A DNA stretch of 63,724 nt, filler included, from Octopus bimaculoides (taxonomy: Eukaryota), in the NCBI RefSeq assembly GCF_001194135.2. It is 7 parts of 5 records of this genome, joined end to end, with 100 filler letters (N's around TTAATTAATTAA, not from the genome) between each part and the next. Parts side by side here need not be neighbours in the genome. Positions count along the whole stretch, not along the records: positions 1 to 26,559 come from NC_068992.1; positions 26,660 to 30,736 come from NC_068987.1; 5 more parts are not named here. One strand, given 5' to 3'. The first letter of the stretch is position 1, and each line of letters starts with the position of its first letter. A program made the position numbers and the translations under genes. The notes beneath the pieces were generated by a model. That model was not told the DNA's origin. It searched no databases and worked only from the letters and a program-made list of their open reading frames with translations. Below, piece after piece: positions 13,077-26,840 of this stretch.

Positions 13077-14312
13077 GCATATATGTACATTGTTGTGATG
13101 TAATCTGTTAAAGAAATTTCAGATATAGTGGAGCAAATATCGCTGCAGAATTCTGCATTGATGTTGTGCATACACATAATACACTAGAGGTGTGAGCAGA
13201 GTGTGGCTGTGACTCATGAATGGTTGCACATGCAATAAAGTAACAATTGATATTGTAAAAACAACAACCACCAATTCACTCAACTCTAAAACCACAAACG
13301 GTTAAATACGCGTGATTTTATTATTTATTAATATTCTTCATTTATTTATTTTTTTTATGTAAAATTTGAAGATTCACTATTTTAGTAATAAAAACATGTT
13401 TTTTAACTCTATTATCATAGATTTCTTGTGAAGATATATAACATGATTTGTTTTGTTTTTTGTTTTTTTTTGTTGTATGTATATTTATCATTTTCATTTT
13501 TGGCAATGATAAAACGAAGTAGGGATACATTAGTATGGTTTTGTGATTGATTTGCCAGGTGTTAATTAATTAATTAATTGATTAATTAATTAATGGTATA
13601 TTCTTTTTTGGATTTCAAGAATTATTGAAAAACAACATTCAAAATTCTATCCTGCTAAAAGTCTAGTCTGGTTCATAAAAATATGTGACACGTACATAGA
13701 AGCCTTTGAATTTTTCTATCCAAAAGGATCTTTCAAATCAATATTTACATGCTATTATTTATATAATTTATAGATTTATTTGTACTTCAACAACCAACTC
13801 CTCACCAAAAGATATACATACATACATATACATATATANNNNNNNNNNNNNNNNNNNNNNNNNNNNNNNNNNNNNNNNNNNNNNNNNNNNNNNNNNNNNN
13901 NNNNNNNNNNNNNNNNNNNNNNNNNNNNNNNNNNNNNNNNNNNNNNNNNNNNNNNNNNNNNNNNNNNNNNNNNNNNNNNNNNNNNNNNNNNNNNNNNNNN
14001 NNNNNNNNNNNNNNNNNNNNNNNNNNNNNNNNNNNNNNNNNNNNNNNNNNNNNNNNNNNNNNNNNNNNNNNNNNNNNNNNNNNNNNNNNNNNNNNNNNNN
14101 NNNNNNNNNNNNNNNNNNNNNNNNNNNNNNNNNNNNNNNNNNNNNNNNNNNNNNNNNNNNNNNNNNNNNNNNNNNNNNNNNNNNNNNNNNNNNNNNNNNN
14201 NNNNNNNNNNNNNNNNNNNNNNNNNNNNNNNNNNNNNNNNNNNNNNNNNNNNNNNNNNNNNNNNNNNNNNNNNNNNNNNNNNNNNNNNNNNNNNNNNNNN
14301 NNNNNNNNNNNN

Positions 14313-14347
<35 letters not shown>

Positions 14348-14489
14348 ATATATACATATATACATATATATATATTTACACACACACACACATGGACACG
14401 CACATGCATACACATGTGCACAACACACACACACACACACACATACACACATGCATACACATGTGTGCAACACACATACATACATACAT

Positions 14490-14638
14490 GATGGGCTTCT
14501 GCCTATCAAATTCACTCACAAACTTTTGGTTGGTGGAAAGCTATAGTAGAAGACACTTGCCCAATGTGCCACACAGTGGGACTGAACCCAAAACCTCATG
14601 GTAGGGAAGAAACAAACTTCTTAGCACACAGCCACACC
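14490..14638 (-). mobile_element. SINE family A, 5' fragment
   Basis: Reverse complement of head and CORE-like domain. Confidence 0.7.
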
Positions 14639-14796
14639 AGCACCGACACACATATATATATATATGTGTGTGTTTGTATGTATATATATATATCTTTACA
14701 TACACATATGTACATACATGCACACACACACATATACATACATATATATATGTAAATAGACTAATATGCATGCACACATAAATATATACATATATG

Positions 14797-14841
<45 letters not shown>

Positions 14842-14869
14842 NNNNNNNNNNTATATATATATATATATA

Positions 14870-15282
14870 GGCGTAGGAGTGGCTGTGTGGTAAGTAGCTT
14901 GCTTACAAACTACATGGTTCCGGGTTTAGTCCCACTGTGTGGCACCTTGGGTAAGTGTCTTCTACTACAACCTCGGGCCGACCAAAGCCTTGTGAGTGGA
15001 TTTGGTAGACGGAAACTGAAAGAAGCCCGTCGTAGATATGTATATATATATATGTGTGTGTGTGAGTGCGTTTGTGTGTCTGTGTTTGTCCCCCGACATT
15101 GCTTGACAACCGATGCTGGTGTGTTTACGTCTCCTGTAACTTAGCGGTTCGGCAAAAAGAGACCGATAGAACAAGTACTAGGCTTCCAAAGAATAAGTCC
15201 TGGGGTCGATTTTCTCGACTAAAGGTGGTGCTCCAGCATGGCCACAGTCAAATGACTGAAACAAGTAAAAGAGTAAAGAGTA
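14870..15282 (+). mobile_element. SINE family A (tRNA head, CORE-like domain, internal (TA)n(TG)n), full length
   Basis: GGCGTAGGAGTGGCTGTGTGG head, GGTTCCGGGTTTAGTCCC B-box-like, ACCTTGGGTAAGT CORE-like, tail GAAACAAGTAAAAGAGTAAAG. Confidence 0.88.
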
Positions 15283-15545
15283 ATATATATATAAGTATAT
15301 ATATATATATATATAAAATGTCACAAGAATGTTATGCTTGTTTACACCCAATGCGTTTATAGGCCACCCTAGATTATTTATATATCAGGCCAGAATGGAA
15401 TGGTTTATTTACCAAAGGTAGTTTTCAAAGGAAATTCATTGAATCTGCTTACTTCTTCTGTGATAACCATCAACTTTATGAGGTTACATGCCATGGCTGG
15501 CACATTTTATATGTATTGAAATGTAGATGTTTATATGTATGTATG

Positions 15546-15591
<46 letters not shown>

Positions 15592-15913
15592 GATATGAAT
15601 GTAGGTATGCATTGTAAATAAATATATATATGAACTCTACAGACGCAGAAACACCTACACACACGAATCCACATATATATATATATATATACATACACCC
15701 ACATATATAATTGTTTACTTTATATAGTCATGTGTATATACACTCATGCACACACGTGTGTATATGTGTGTGTGTGAATAAATGTATGCATGCATCATAT
15801 ATATATATATATACAAATATATATGCATATATATATTTATATATATTTATATATATTTATAGAGATATAATAAATACATATATGTATATATACATAAATA
15901 CATACATATATAT

Positions 15914-15956
<43 letters not shown>

Positions 15957-16329
15957 TGTATATAAAATTTGTATCCATGAACATCAAACCTGCAAAACAA
16001 GTCACTGAGAGATCCATTACACATTCATTGCACCCGCTAGATATAGCAGCCAAATTTTCCTCAAATCAAACACTATAGTTTTTAACAAAAATGAGTGAGA
16101 CATGAGATAATGTAGTCGTAGATACACTGTATCAGCGGGATGGTCATGTCTGGAATGCCACTGATTTCATGTTCACTTCATTGGGAAATGAAGAACTATA
16201 ACAACAACATCAAAGTATAAACCAATGTCGGAACTGGTATAGCAACACACTATATTCCCAGTAGTGGTTTTGTTTTTGTTTACTCCAGTGTTCTTCACTC
16301 TGCACTGCAAAGGAAGAACCTCTAAATAG

Positions 16330-16720
16330 GGTGAATAAAGGAAACCCACAGATCCAGGATTACCCTAACCACCAAAGGAATTGGCACACACTCAACAGTT
16401 GTTCTCTAAGTAGATTCATTCACCCTAACCATTTTTGCCAGAGCCACCAACCGTTTTATAAATTCCCTGGGAGAGAACACTTCCAGCTTCACTGTCACTC
16501 TCCTTTCCATTTTCTACATGGAACTTAAAGATGTCGATGAGGGCTCGATCAAAGAGGAAGGTCTCTTTCTTCATTCCTTTCAGCCTCGTCCACCACACAA
16601 TCTCTTTTGCCATAGCCTCTACATAGAGGAACACTGGCTGTCCCACCTTGTTAAAGACAGGTGCTATGGAGATCCTCATGATGGGCTTGGCTGGTATTTG
16701 GACTGGTCCTACACATAGCA
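16330..16720 (-). mobile_element. L1/Tx1-like LINE 3' fragment
   Basis: AMAKEIVWWTRLKGMKKETFLFDRALIDIFKFH. The UTR word GATTACCCTAACCACCAAAG matches the copy at 4850-5290. Confidence 0.65.
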
Positions 16721-16724
16721 AAAC

Positions 16725-17134
16725 ATAGTGTGTCAGTTGCTTGACCGTAACCAGTTGAGCATGTCCCTTAGTAGCTGATGATATGTGCATCTCTGATCCT
16801 GGGCAGGAGTAGTGGTGGGGCATCATAGCCCACCTCTGGAAACATGGGTGTTTCATTCAACATCCATAACCAAACCTTATTGAGGGATCTTTTGAATGGG
16901 ATGGGTTACTCAACCTGAAATAAATTCTAACTGGGCCCCACCTGCAAGGTCATGAGCTGTTTATTTTGATATGAGGTCACCATGCCATGCACATGTGGTT
17001 GTGATGCATGAGCCTGGTGTACCTTCATCAGACTGGTAGTCATGATGGGTATATTGGGCTTCGTATATTTTACCCCAGTGTCACTTTGATGGCATGCACT
17101 GCTCTCTCACTCAGCAATAAGAGAAAGAAGAAGT

Positions 17135-17182
<48 letters not shown>
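16725..17182 (+). mobile_element. Family D copy with (TAA)n tail
   Basis: Colinear with 5367-5948, with an internal deletion. Confidence 0.78.
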
Positions 17183-17183
<1 letters not shown>

Positions 17184-17432
17184 TGCAGATCTTCTGCTGA
17201 AGTTTTGCCTCTTAGGAACAGAAAAAACACGTTTATTGAAATTATGCCAATATCTGAGATTACCAACATAAATTCTACCAGGAATAGGAACAATCCTGAG
17301 TCAAATCGAATAATAATAATAATAATAATAATAACAATAATAATAATAATAATAATAACAATAATAATAATAATAATAATGATGATGATGATGATGATGG
17401 TAATGATGACGATGATGATGATAATAATAATA

Positions 17433-17790
17433 ACAAAAGTACTCAGAGAACACAAACCTCTGCCAAGGCAACATCAATGTCCTCTCAACAATTAGCCAGA
17501 GAGGATTTTTAAAATGAGAATATCTGAAATGAACTCGACTGCTCTCACAAACAAGAATACTGAAAAATGAACCTGACTGCCCTCAAAAATTCAGTAAAAA
17601 AACGGAAAAATAATCCAGAATCCTTGTCTCGTATCAGATCAATCCCAAAATCTAATCAGTCACGGCCAAACATCCCTGAAAGTTGCATCCAAATTCATCC
17701 AGTGGTTCTTGAAATATCTTTTCCATAGCCAAACAAACAAACAAACACATCTGAAAACAATACCTCTGCCTTCACTAAGGAGGAGATAAT
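17433..17790 (+). mobile_element. Helentron-associated (HINE/DINE-like) non-autonomous element
   Basis: ACCTCTGCCAAGG near the 5' end, CCAAATTCATCCAGTGGTTCTTG, an (AAAC)n tract, and a terminal hairpin CCTCTGCCTT-CACT-AAGGAGG. Confidence 0.5.
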
Positions 17791-17827
17791 AATATCAATA
17801 ATAATAATCCTTTCTACTGGAAACACA

Positions 17828-18290
17828 AATATTCTGCTTAATACCACAGCTTTGCTTGTCAGTTGTTTGACCATAACCAGTTGAGCATGTCCCTAGGTGG
17901 CTGACGATATATGAATCTCTGATCATGAGCAGAAGTAGTGGGGGAGCATCATAGCTGTGTGTTGGAAGGAATTCTTTGGGGTTTGAATAATTCACCTTTG
18001 GAAACATGGGGGTTTTGCTCAACATCCTTAAACAAACCTTATTCAGGGACCTTTTGAGCGGGATGAGCTACTCGACCTGAAGAAAATTCTAACTGAGCCC
18101 CACCTGCGAGGTCATGCACTGTTTATCTTGATATGAGATCACCATGTCACGCACATATGGTTGTGATGCATTTTTCTAGTGTACCCTTATCAGACGGGTA
18201 GTCATGATGGGTATAATGGGCTTCGTATATTTTACCCCAGTGTCATTTTGATAGCATGCACTGCTCTCTCACTTAATAATAATAATAATC
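17828..18290 (+). mobile_element. Family D copy
   Basis: Colinear with 5367-5948. Confidence 0.8.
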
Positions 18291-18480
18291 ATTGTCATCA
18301 CCATTTAACATCTGTTTTCCATGCTGGTATGCGTTGGAGAGCTTGATAAGAACTGACAATCCAGGGGTCACACCAGGTTCCATAGACTGTTTTGGCATGG
18401 TTTCTACAGCTGCATGCCCTTCCTAATGCCAACCACTTTACAGAGTGTACTCAGTGCTTTTTTTATGTGGCATCATCGCC
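18290..18480 (-). mobile_element. Old degenerate RTE 3'-tail copy
   Basis: CATTTAACATCTGTTTTCCATGCTGGTATG...GCATGCCCTTCCTAATGCCAACCAC. Confidence 0.6.
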
Positions 18481-18944
18481 AACAGTAATGCTGATAACTT
18501 CTATTTGCTACTGGGGTATGAAATAAAAGGATATCTAACAAAGACAAGCTACATACAGGTGTGCATGTGTGGGAGTGGAGTGGAGTGGGAATTATAGTAG
18601 AAGTTGAATGAAAAAGGGAGAAAAGAAAAGAATGAGATAAAAATATATATATACAAAAACATGGGTGATATGGTCATTTTCATACAGGCAGCCATTTGAC
18701 CAAAATCATTCAGGGAACTCCACAGAGCCAAAATCACTCTGACAACCAAGAGCAGGTGCCCTCCACCAAATGTTGCTCTCTGACCTGCATCAGCACAAGG
18801 TAGGAATTGGTTTACGAGTTGGGTAAACTGGAGAAATGTGAAGCAAAGTGCATTAATCAAGAAATCAAACTTCCATCCATCTGATCATAAGAGCAGCATC
18901 CTAACTTTCTTCAACCACCATATCTCTACACCAGTAACAAACTA

Positions 18945-19090
18945 CATCATCATCATTGTTTAAGGTCTGCTTTCCATGCTGGCATGGGTTGGATGGTTTG
19001 ACAGGAGCTGATCAGGCAGGAGCTTGCACCAGATTTCTGTGTCTGTTTTTGGCATGGTTTTTACAGCCGGATGCTCTTCCCAACACCAAC
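18945..19090 (-). mobile_element. Old degenerate RTE 3'-tail copy
   Basis: CATCATCATTGTTTAAGGTCTGCTTTCCATGCTGGCATGGGTTGG...GGATGCTCTTCCCAACACCAAC. Confidence 0.6.
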
Positions 19091-20751
19091 AACCAGCAGC
19101 CTATAACTTTCTTGCTGTGTGTTTAGTAGACAGAAATCATTAGATTTGTTCAAATTGGGAGTTCAGACCCTTTTAGGTTCAATTGTATATATTGTCCCCA
19201 AGCCACAACCATCATAGGGCCAGTAACATAAATGCTATTGTTATCATGGTTTTGGATTTAACTGATGTGACCCTACCCTTATCTACATAATGTCCAGCCC
19301 TTGTGGTGTGCTGGTTTGTGTCTCAATGACTCCGAGAGTTATGACAGTGGAGCACAAATCCTACTAGGGCCTCCCTTGCTGGATAGGTGAAAAGATAGAG
19401 ACCAGACTACTATGAACCACCTCTTCATAGCCATAAAAATGGGTTCGCGTAGGGCCAACGCTTTTACCTAGAAAAAACGCAGAGTTACAGAAGCATCAGT
19501 AACAGTTCAAGACCAACAAGACCTGGGGGCAGAAGCAGAAAAAGACAGCCCAAAGACAAGAGCAGAGAAAATACTTTGCTGGCCATTTCTCCATTCGGTG
19601 TGAAGGGATTAAGTGCAAGAACTCTTCCTTTATAGTTTTGGAGTTTTGAGCTAATGTAATAAACCAATATTAGGAAATATCAAAGTGGTAATAACTAATA
19701 TGTTCAGCCCTTCTTTTCTTTCTCAAAACATGGGTACCTTGGAACTACTTCTGTGTTCATGCCTGTCCCTTGGATGTTAACGTGCAACGATTCAAGAGTA
19801 ATGTTAGTGATATCAGCTGCTACTCAAGTCGTAGAAGATTTGCAAAAGCTGTGAGCATGGCCCTTTTCTAAAGACCCAGCAAGTGCTAAAAAAGAAGAAA
19901 GAACAGCAGCACTGCCTGTAGTTGGTCTCATTGCTTAACATTCTGAGTTCAAATCTTACAAGTTATTACAAGTTATCTATCTTTCTTCTAAGTTAAGAAC
20001 AAACAATACGCAATCCCTTGAGAACATGAATAATATGCACAGTGTGTCTGAGATAAATATGAGAAAGCATAACAAGAGCTTCCTTCTTGAATCAGGTTCT
20101 GATTCCAGAAGAAGAACCTCTCAAAAAATCAGAGGAATTTGAGGTTTGTTTTTCTTTTCCCTTTCTTAGGGGCAAAATGGCAGATAGCATGGGCCCCTCT
20201 TTGGCCCTTCACTCCCAGGACCAATAGGTTAGATGAAATCCATATGAAGGGGCCCTGATATACACGCATACATACATATTAAAAGGTGACTGAGTAGAAA
20301 GCAGGAATGTGAGTGTGTTGTCTAAGTAAAAGACAGAACCTCTACAAGTGGCAGTCACTTGATCAGCTAGAAATAGCAGTCAAATCTCCTTCAAATGATG
20401 AATTGAATAAAATGGTCCTAGATGAACACTCTGTATCAGACAGTAAGCCAGGACATTCAAGGATGGAAAGCCTTAACTGTATATCTATTCTGGGTCTAAA
20501 CAATAACAGCAACAACATTAACAAGAAGAAGCATGCTGTATGAAATATCCATTTAGTGCATGTATAAGTATTTCTTTATGTTATCAGGTAAAATCTGAAA
20601 ATGGGTCACTATATAAAATACCAGTGGTATACTAAGGTTGAATTAATGGAGCAAATATATTCACTCCATTTCTTTAAAGAAAAAAATAATTGACCCTGTG
20701 TTTAATTCTCCATTCTCCAGCATAAAAATAAATATTTATTATACAACAATA

Positions 20752-21173
20752 GGCGCAGGAGTGGCTGTGTGGTAGGTAGCTTGCTTACCAACCACATGGT
20801 TCCGGGTTCAGTCCCACTGTGTGGCATCTTGGGCAAGTGTTTTCTACTATAGCATCGGGCCGACCAAAGCCTTGTGAGTGGATTTGGTAGACGGAAACTG
20901 AAAGAAGCCCGTCGTATATATGTATATATATATATATATGTGTGTGTATGCATGTGTGTGTGTTTGTGTGTCTGTGTTTGTCCTCCTAGCATTGCTTGAC
21001 AACCGATGCTGGTGTGTTTATGTCCCTGTCACATAGCGGTTCGGCAAAAGAGACTGATAGAATAAGTACTAGGCTTACAAAGAATAGGTCCCGGGGTCGA
21101 TTTGCTTGACTAAAGGCGGTGCTCCAGCATGGCCGCAGTCAAATGACTGAAACAAGTAAAAAAAGTAAAGAGT
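20752..21173 (+). mobile_element. SINE family A, full length
   Basis: Colinear with the copy at 14870-15282. Confidence 0.9.
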
Positions 21174-21398
21174 AACAATGTGTTAAGTGAAAAGGGGTCA
21201 GAATGAAACCCTATTTGCTCGGATGGAAGGGGTTTCTGTTATAGGAAGGGGCTGATACGACAAAGAAGTAAACAAATAAGATAATAATACGGGAGTCTCT
21301 ACATAGTTGGTCAACATGCTAGAAACTGCAGTGAAAACCCCACTGAAATCATTACGTACCATAATAAATAAGGAAGGTCACATTTGCTTCGCGTGCAT

Positions 21399-21432
<34 letters not shown>

Positions 21433-21948
21433 AAAAGACATGATGATCACTCATCGATGACACACTTTTGGTCATGGTTTGTTTTTGTTTTTTTTCACCG
21501 GAGCTGATCTATGGTACAGTAACATCAACAACAAAAATAACACCAACAACAACAACACCAATACAATGACAACTATTACATGAAGAGGGACCAATGAGGA
21601 AGCATGGAACGGTTAGAAATTCTTTGTATGTTCCTCATATCTGTGCCATGCCTTCTTAAACTATAGAAGAACGCATTAAGCAATACAGGCGGTGCTCCAG
21701 CATGGACGCCATCAATTCACAATGAGTAAAAGAGTAAAAGAGCTTACAAAAATAAATAGATAAATAAATAAATAATGAATAAATAAAATGCGTTCGGAAG
21801 GTTACTGGTGGCTGAAACACATTTCATGACTGTAGGCCTGTTTGACCAGGGTTGACCTAGGGCTAAACTCCATAAACAATAATTCTTTACTTATGTGAGG
21901 CAAAGAGGGATTCACTAGAAATGACAAATATATATTCATCTCTCTCTT

Positions 21949-21980
<32 letters not shown>

Positions 21981-22022
21981 CCCCCCTCTCTCTCTCAATC
22001 TCTCACTCTCTCCTTCTCTCTT

Positions 22023-22067
<45 letters not shown>

Positions 22068-22529
22068 NNNNNNNNNNNNNNNNNNNNNNNNNNNNNNNNN
22101 NNNNNNNNNNNNNNNNNNNNNNNNNNNNNNNNNNNNNNNNNNNNNNNNNNNNNNNNNNNNNNNNNNNNNNNNNNNNNNNNNNNNNNNNNNNNNNNNNNNN
22201 NNNNNNNNNNNNNNNNNNNNNNNNNNNNNNNNNNNNNNNNNNNNNNNNNNNNNNNNNNNNNNNNNNNNNNNNNNNNNNNNNNNNNNNNNNNNNNNNNNNN
22301 NNNNNNNNNNNNNNNNNNNNNNNNNNNNNNNNNNNNNNNNNNNNNNNNNNNNNNNNNNNNNNNNNNNNNNNNNNNNNNNNNNNNNNNNNNNNNNNNNNNN
22401 NNNNNNNNNNNNNNNNNNNNNNNNNNNNNNNNNNNNNNNNNNNNNNNNNTATATATATATATATATATATATATTTGTCTTTCATTTACTTGTTTAAATC
22501 ATTTGACTGAGGCCATGATGGAGCAGCTT

Positions 22530-22835
22530 GGTGGAGGCGCAATGGCCCAGTGGTTAGGGTAGCGGACTCGCAGTCAGAGGATCGCAGTTTATATTCCCAG
22601 ACCGGGCATTGTATGTATTTATTGAGCGAAAACACCTAAAAGCTCCACGAGGCTCCGGCAGGGGAAGGTGGTGACCCCTGTTGTACTTTTTCGCTCCCAA
22701 CTTTCTCTCAGTCTTTCTTCCTGTTTCTTGAGTAAAGCTGCAATGGACTGGCGTCCCGTCCAGCTGGTGGGGGACACATGCCATACAAACCAGGAAACTG
22801 GGCCCATGAGCCTGGCTAGGCTTTGAAAGGGCATA
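22530..22835 (+). mobile_element. SINE family C head and body with an alternative 3' tail
   Basis: Matches the element at 28941-29332 up to ...CTTCCTGTTTC, then switches to GCTGCAATGGACTGGCGTCCCGTCCAG...GAAACTGGGCCCATGAG. Confidence 0.82.
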
Positions 22836-23422
22836 AGAGAGATGATGGAGCAGCATACATAAATACATACATATGTATTTGTATCTCATTCCAATCTACA
22901 CATTGCTTCCTTAGATGGGCAGCAGCAAAAAAATAACAGGAAGAACTTTGATTATTTGTACCTTTAATCATTGGAAACCTGGGACTTAAAACACCAAAAA
23001 AAAAACCCCAAACAAACAAACAATAACATCAACATCACCACTACCACCTCCACCACCAACAACAAAAACAACTACAAATGGTGACCAGCTGATGTCAAAG
23101 GTCTCCCCCACCCCCGTGGGGTTTAGTGTCTGCTACATGTCATAGATAGGCACATGTATTGTGAATTTCTTTTAAACTGTGTGTCACAGTGAATCAGGTC
23201 TGTCTGCAATCAAGTCAGTTGGTCAGTGAAGCACAGGGGGGAAAATGTTTCTATTCCTCTTTATTATGTATTACATACACAACGTTGATGTTTATGTTGA
23301 TATATATATATATATATGTATATACACATGCATATATATATCTGTGTGTGTGTGTGTGTGTGTGTGCGTGCATGCAAAAAATGCGCACTTGTATGATTAC
23401 ATATATATAAATATACATGGAA

Positions 23423-23453
<31 letters not shown>

Positions 23454-23675
23454 CTTATATAATGTATATATGCATTATATATAGATATGAATATATGATA
23501 TATTTATATATGCATGTTTTATATATGTGTGTGTGTGTGTATATATATATGTTATAAATTATATTTTTTACAATATCAAACATGTATATTACTTACATAT
23601 ATATTTATATACACCATGTTTATGTACATTATTTATAAATATATGACACATATATATCTGCATAAATATATTTCT

Positions 23676-23773
<98 letters not shown>

Positions 23774-25100
23774 NNNNNNNNNNNNNNNNNNNNNNNNNNN
23801 NNNNNNNNNNNNNNNNNNNNNNNNNNNNNNNNNNNNNNNNNNNNNNNNNNNNNNNNNNNNNNNNNNNNNNNNNNNNNNNNNNNNNNNNNNNNNNNNNNNN
23901 NNNNNNNNNNNNNNNNNNNNNNNNNNNNNNNNNNNNNNNNNNNNNNNNNNNNNNNNNNNNNNNNNNNNNNNNNNNNNNNNNNNNNNNNNNNNNNNNNNNN
24001 NNNNNNNNNNNNNNNNNNNNNNNNNNNNNNNNNNNNNNNNNNNNNNNNNNNNNNNNNNNNNNNNNNNNNNNNNNNNNNNNNNNNNNNNNNNNNNNNNNNN
24101 NNNNNNNNNNNNNNNNNNNNNNNNNNNNNNNNNNNNNNNNNNNNNNNNNNNNNNNNNNNNNNNNNNNNNNNNNNNNNNNNNNNNNNNNNNNNNNNNNNNN
24201 NNNNNNNNNNNNNNNNNNNNNNNNNNNNNNNNNNNNNNNNNNNNNNNNNNNNNNNNNNNNNNNNNNNNNNNNNNNNNNNNNNNNNNNNNNNNNNNNNNNN
24301 NNNNNNNNNNNNNNNNNNNNNNNNNNNNNNNNNNNNNNNNNNNNNNNNNNNNNNNNNNNNNNNNNNNNNNNNNNNNNNNNNNNNNNNNNNNNNNNNNNNN
24401 NNNNNNNNNNNNNNTTTAAAATATCTGTAGCCGTCTTAAAACAAAAATATCTTATAGAATGTACTGTCTTCCCCCACAATAGACACCTAATCAAAGACTT
24501 GAATGAAAAAAATTGATTATGAAATGGAGGTAATTGTGATTTTTATTCAGTAGACAAAAATATAATTGTTTGACATAGTTCAATTTGCACATATTTTGTA
24601 TGTGTGTGTGAGTGTAATATGGTCCTGTGTATGTGTGTGAGTGTGTCTGTGTGTACATGTCTGCAAGCGCAAGTGTGCGTGTGTCTGTGTGTGCGGGTGC
24701 GTGCATGTGTGTGTATGTCAGCATCCGTGTGTTTGTGTGTATGCTTTTGACTTGTGTGTGTGTGTGTGTGCGTGTATACGTTTCTGGGTATATGTGTGTT
24801 AATGTGTGTATGTGTGTTGTTTGTGTGTATATGTGTGCCAATGTATGTTTGTGTGTGCATTTGTATACCTATGTATGTTTCAGGGTGGCTATACACATGT
24901 CTGTCTTTGTGTGAGTGTGTGTGAGTCTGTGTGTGAGTCTGTGTGTGTGTGTTTCTATGTGCATGTTTGTGTTGTGAGTATGTGTACGTATACATGTGTA
25001 TGTGTGTGTGCTTGATTTTGTTTTCCCTTTAATTAATTATTAAAACAAGGAGAAAAATGAGAAAAAATACATTTTGATGGCACACACTTATATATATATA

Positions 25101-25144
<44 letters not shown>

Positions 25145-25622
25145 GGTATATTCACAACTGAATAAACACACACAATCATTTGCATGCATAAATGTACACA
25201 ACACACAGAGATATAAACACACGCACACACAGACACGTTCATACAATGACATACAATGACATGAAGTAGAAAGCAACAGATATGAAAATATTAATTTTAC
25301 CACAACACAAGGCTCACAGACCTGGTGTATATTTTTAAGGAGAACGAGGCAGGGGTGTTTGTTTTTGTGGGAACAATGTCATTGCCATGGGGCAGGCTGG
25401 GAGCTAAGTGATATAGGGCGAGGGCTGAAGGGAGATGAACTAATTTTCATGAGAATTGAAACTACGTCACTGGCATGACATGCCCGATCGGCCGGGTGCT
25501 TTATTCTACACGGTTGACATGAAAATATTACGAACAAATATTTATCAGCTTATACATACATATATATATATATATGTATGTGTATATAGGTATGTTTGTA
25601 TACATATATATGTATATGTTCC

Positions 25623-25659
<37 letters not shown>

Positions 25660-25778
25660 GTATGTATATATATGTATGCGTGCATATGCATCTATATATG
25701 TTTATACATATATAGACATAAATGTACAATGTAGAGAATTAAAATAATGAAAATGTATATATGAATATTTGAATCTGC

Positions 25779-25818
<40 letters not shown>

Positions 25819-26559
25819 TTGTCTATCTATCTATCGATTTGTCTGTCTGTCTACCTATCTATATATGTATATATTATATGTGTATATGTGTACTATACAT
25901 AACCACCAGATAGGTCATTTTTATATATCCATATATCTATTAGTATACTTATATATACATATATATATATCTGTATATATTGAAATATTTATCTTACCTG
26001 AAGAATTTGATTGAAAAATCAATCAAAGGTTAATGAGAAGATAGAAAGATTGGTAAAAATGCAAAGGAAAACGGAATCTGAGTTCCTCCGTCTCAACAAA
26101 CGCCTATCCATAGGAGTGACAACTTGTTACACATCCAAAAATTTCGTCAAAATCACAAATATAGTAGGAACTCTTCAGGTTGGTATGACTGACACAATAT
26201 TCTCACACACACACACAGACACACATGTACACGTATATACAGACATACCAACATACACGTACACTCACATACACACATACGCAATCAAGCAGACAGGCAA
26301 AAAGAGAGAGGGGGAAGAGGGGAGAGGGGGGAGAGGGGGGAGGGAGGGAGAGAGAGAGAAAGAGAAGGAGTGAGAGAAGAAGAGAGTGAAATAGAATCAC
26401 CACAGCAAACAGAATTTACATATACACAGACATGCACACACACACACACATACATACATACACACATACACGCACATACAGATATGGCTGTATATAAATA
26501 CGTATGTATATCTAAATATATATATACATACATACACATTCACATGTGTTCACATACAT

Positions 26560-26659
26560 NNNNNNNNNNNNNNNNNNNNNNNNNNNNNNNNNNNNNNNNN
26601 NNNTTAATTAATTAANNNNNNNNNNNNNNNNNNNNNNNNNNNNNNNNNNNNNNNNNNNN
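26560..26659. other. Artificial scaffold join (44 N + TTAATTAATTAA + 44 N)
   Basis: Identical 100-nt cassette also at 30737-30836, 39003-39102, 46449-46548, 52681-52780 and 59851-59950. Confidence 0.95.
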
Positions 26660-26760
26660 CTCCCACACACCCCACCTCTATAACCGGGCGTTATACTAAT
26701 ACATATGTTTGTTTTCTACACCACCTGACTTCGTCTTTTGTTTTTTTGTGTGAATTCTCC

Positions 26761-26840
<80 letters not shown>

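Noticed and set aside
13561-13593. (TTAA)n tract resembling the scaffold linker
   Set aside because: Not flanked by Ns and imperfect; an ordinary simple repeat.
11743-14604. Long ORF-track ORFs (200-360 aa) here and at other gaps
   Set aside because: They consist of N runs and dinucleotide or tetranucleotide repeats (poly-YI, HT, CV, LSIY) and are not coding.
26011-26373. 120-aa ORF and a minus-strand CAG/GTAAG donor at 25998
   Set aside because: No recognisable domain, the ORF runs into microsatellite, and all minus frames hit stops before the donor.
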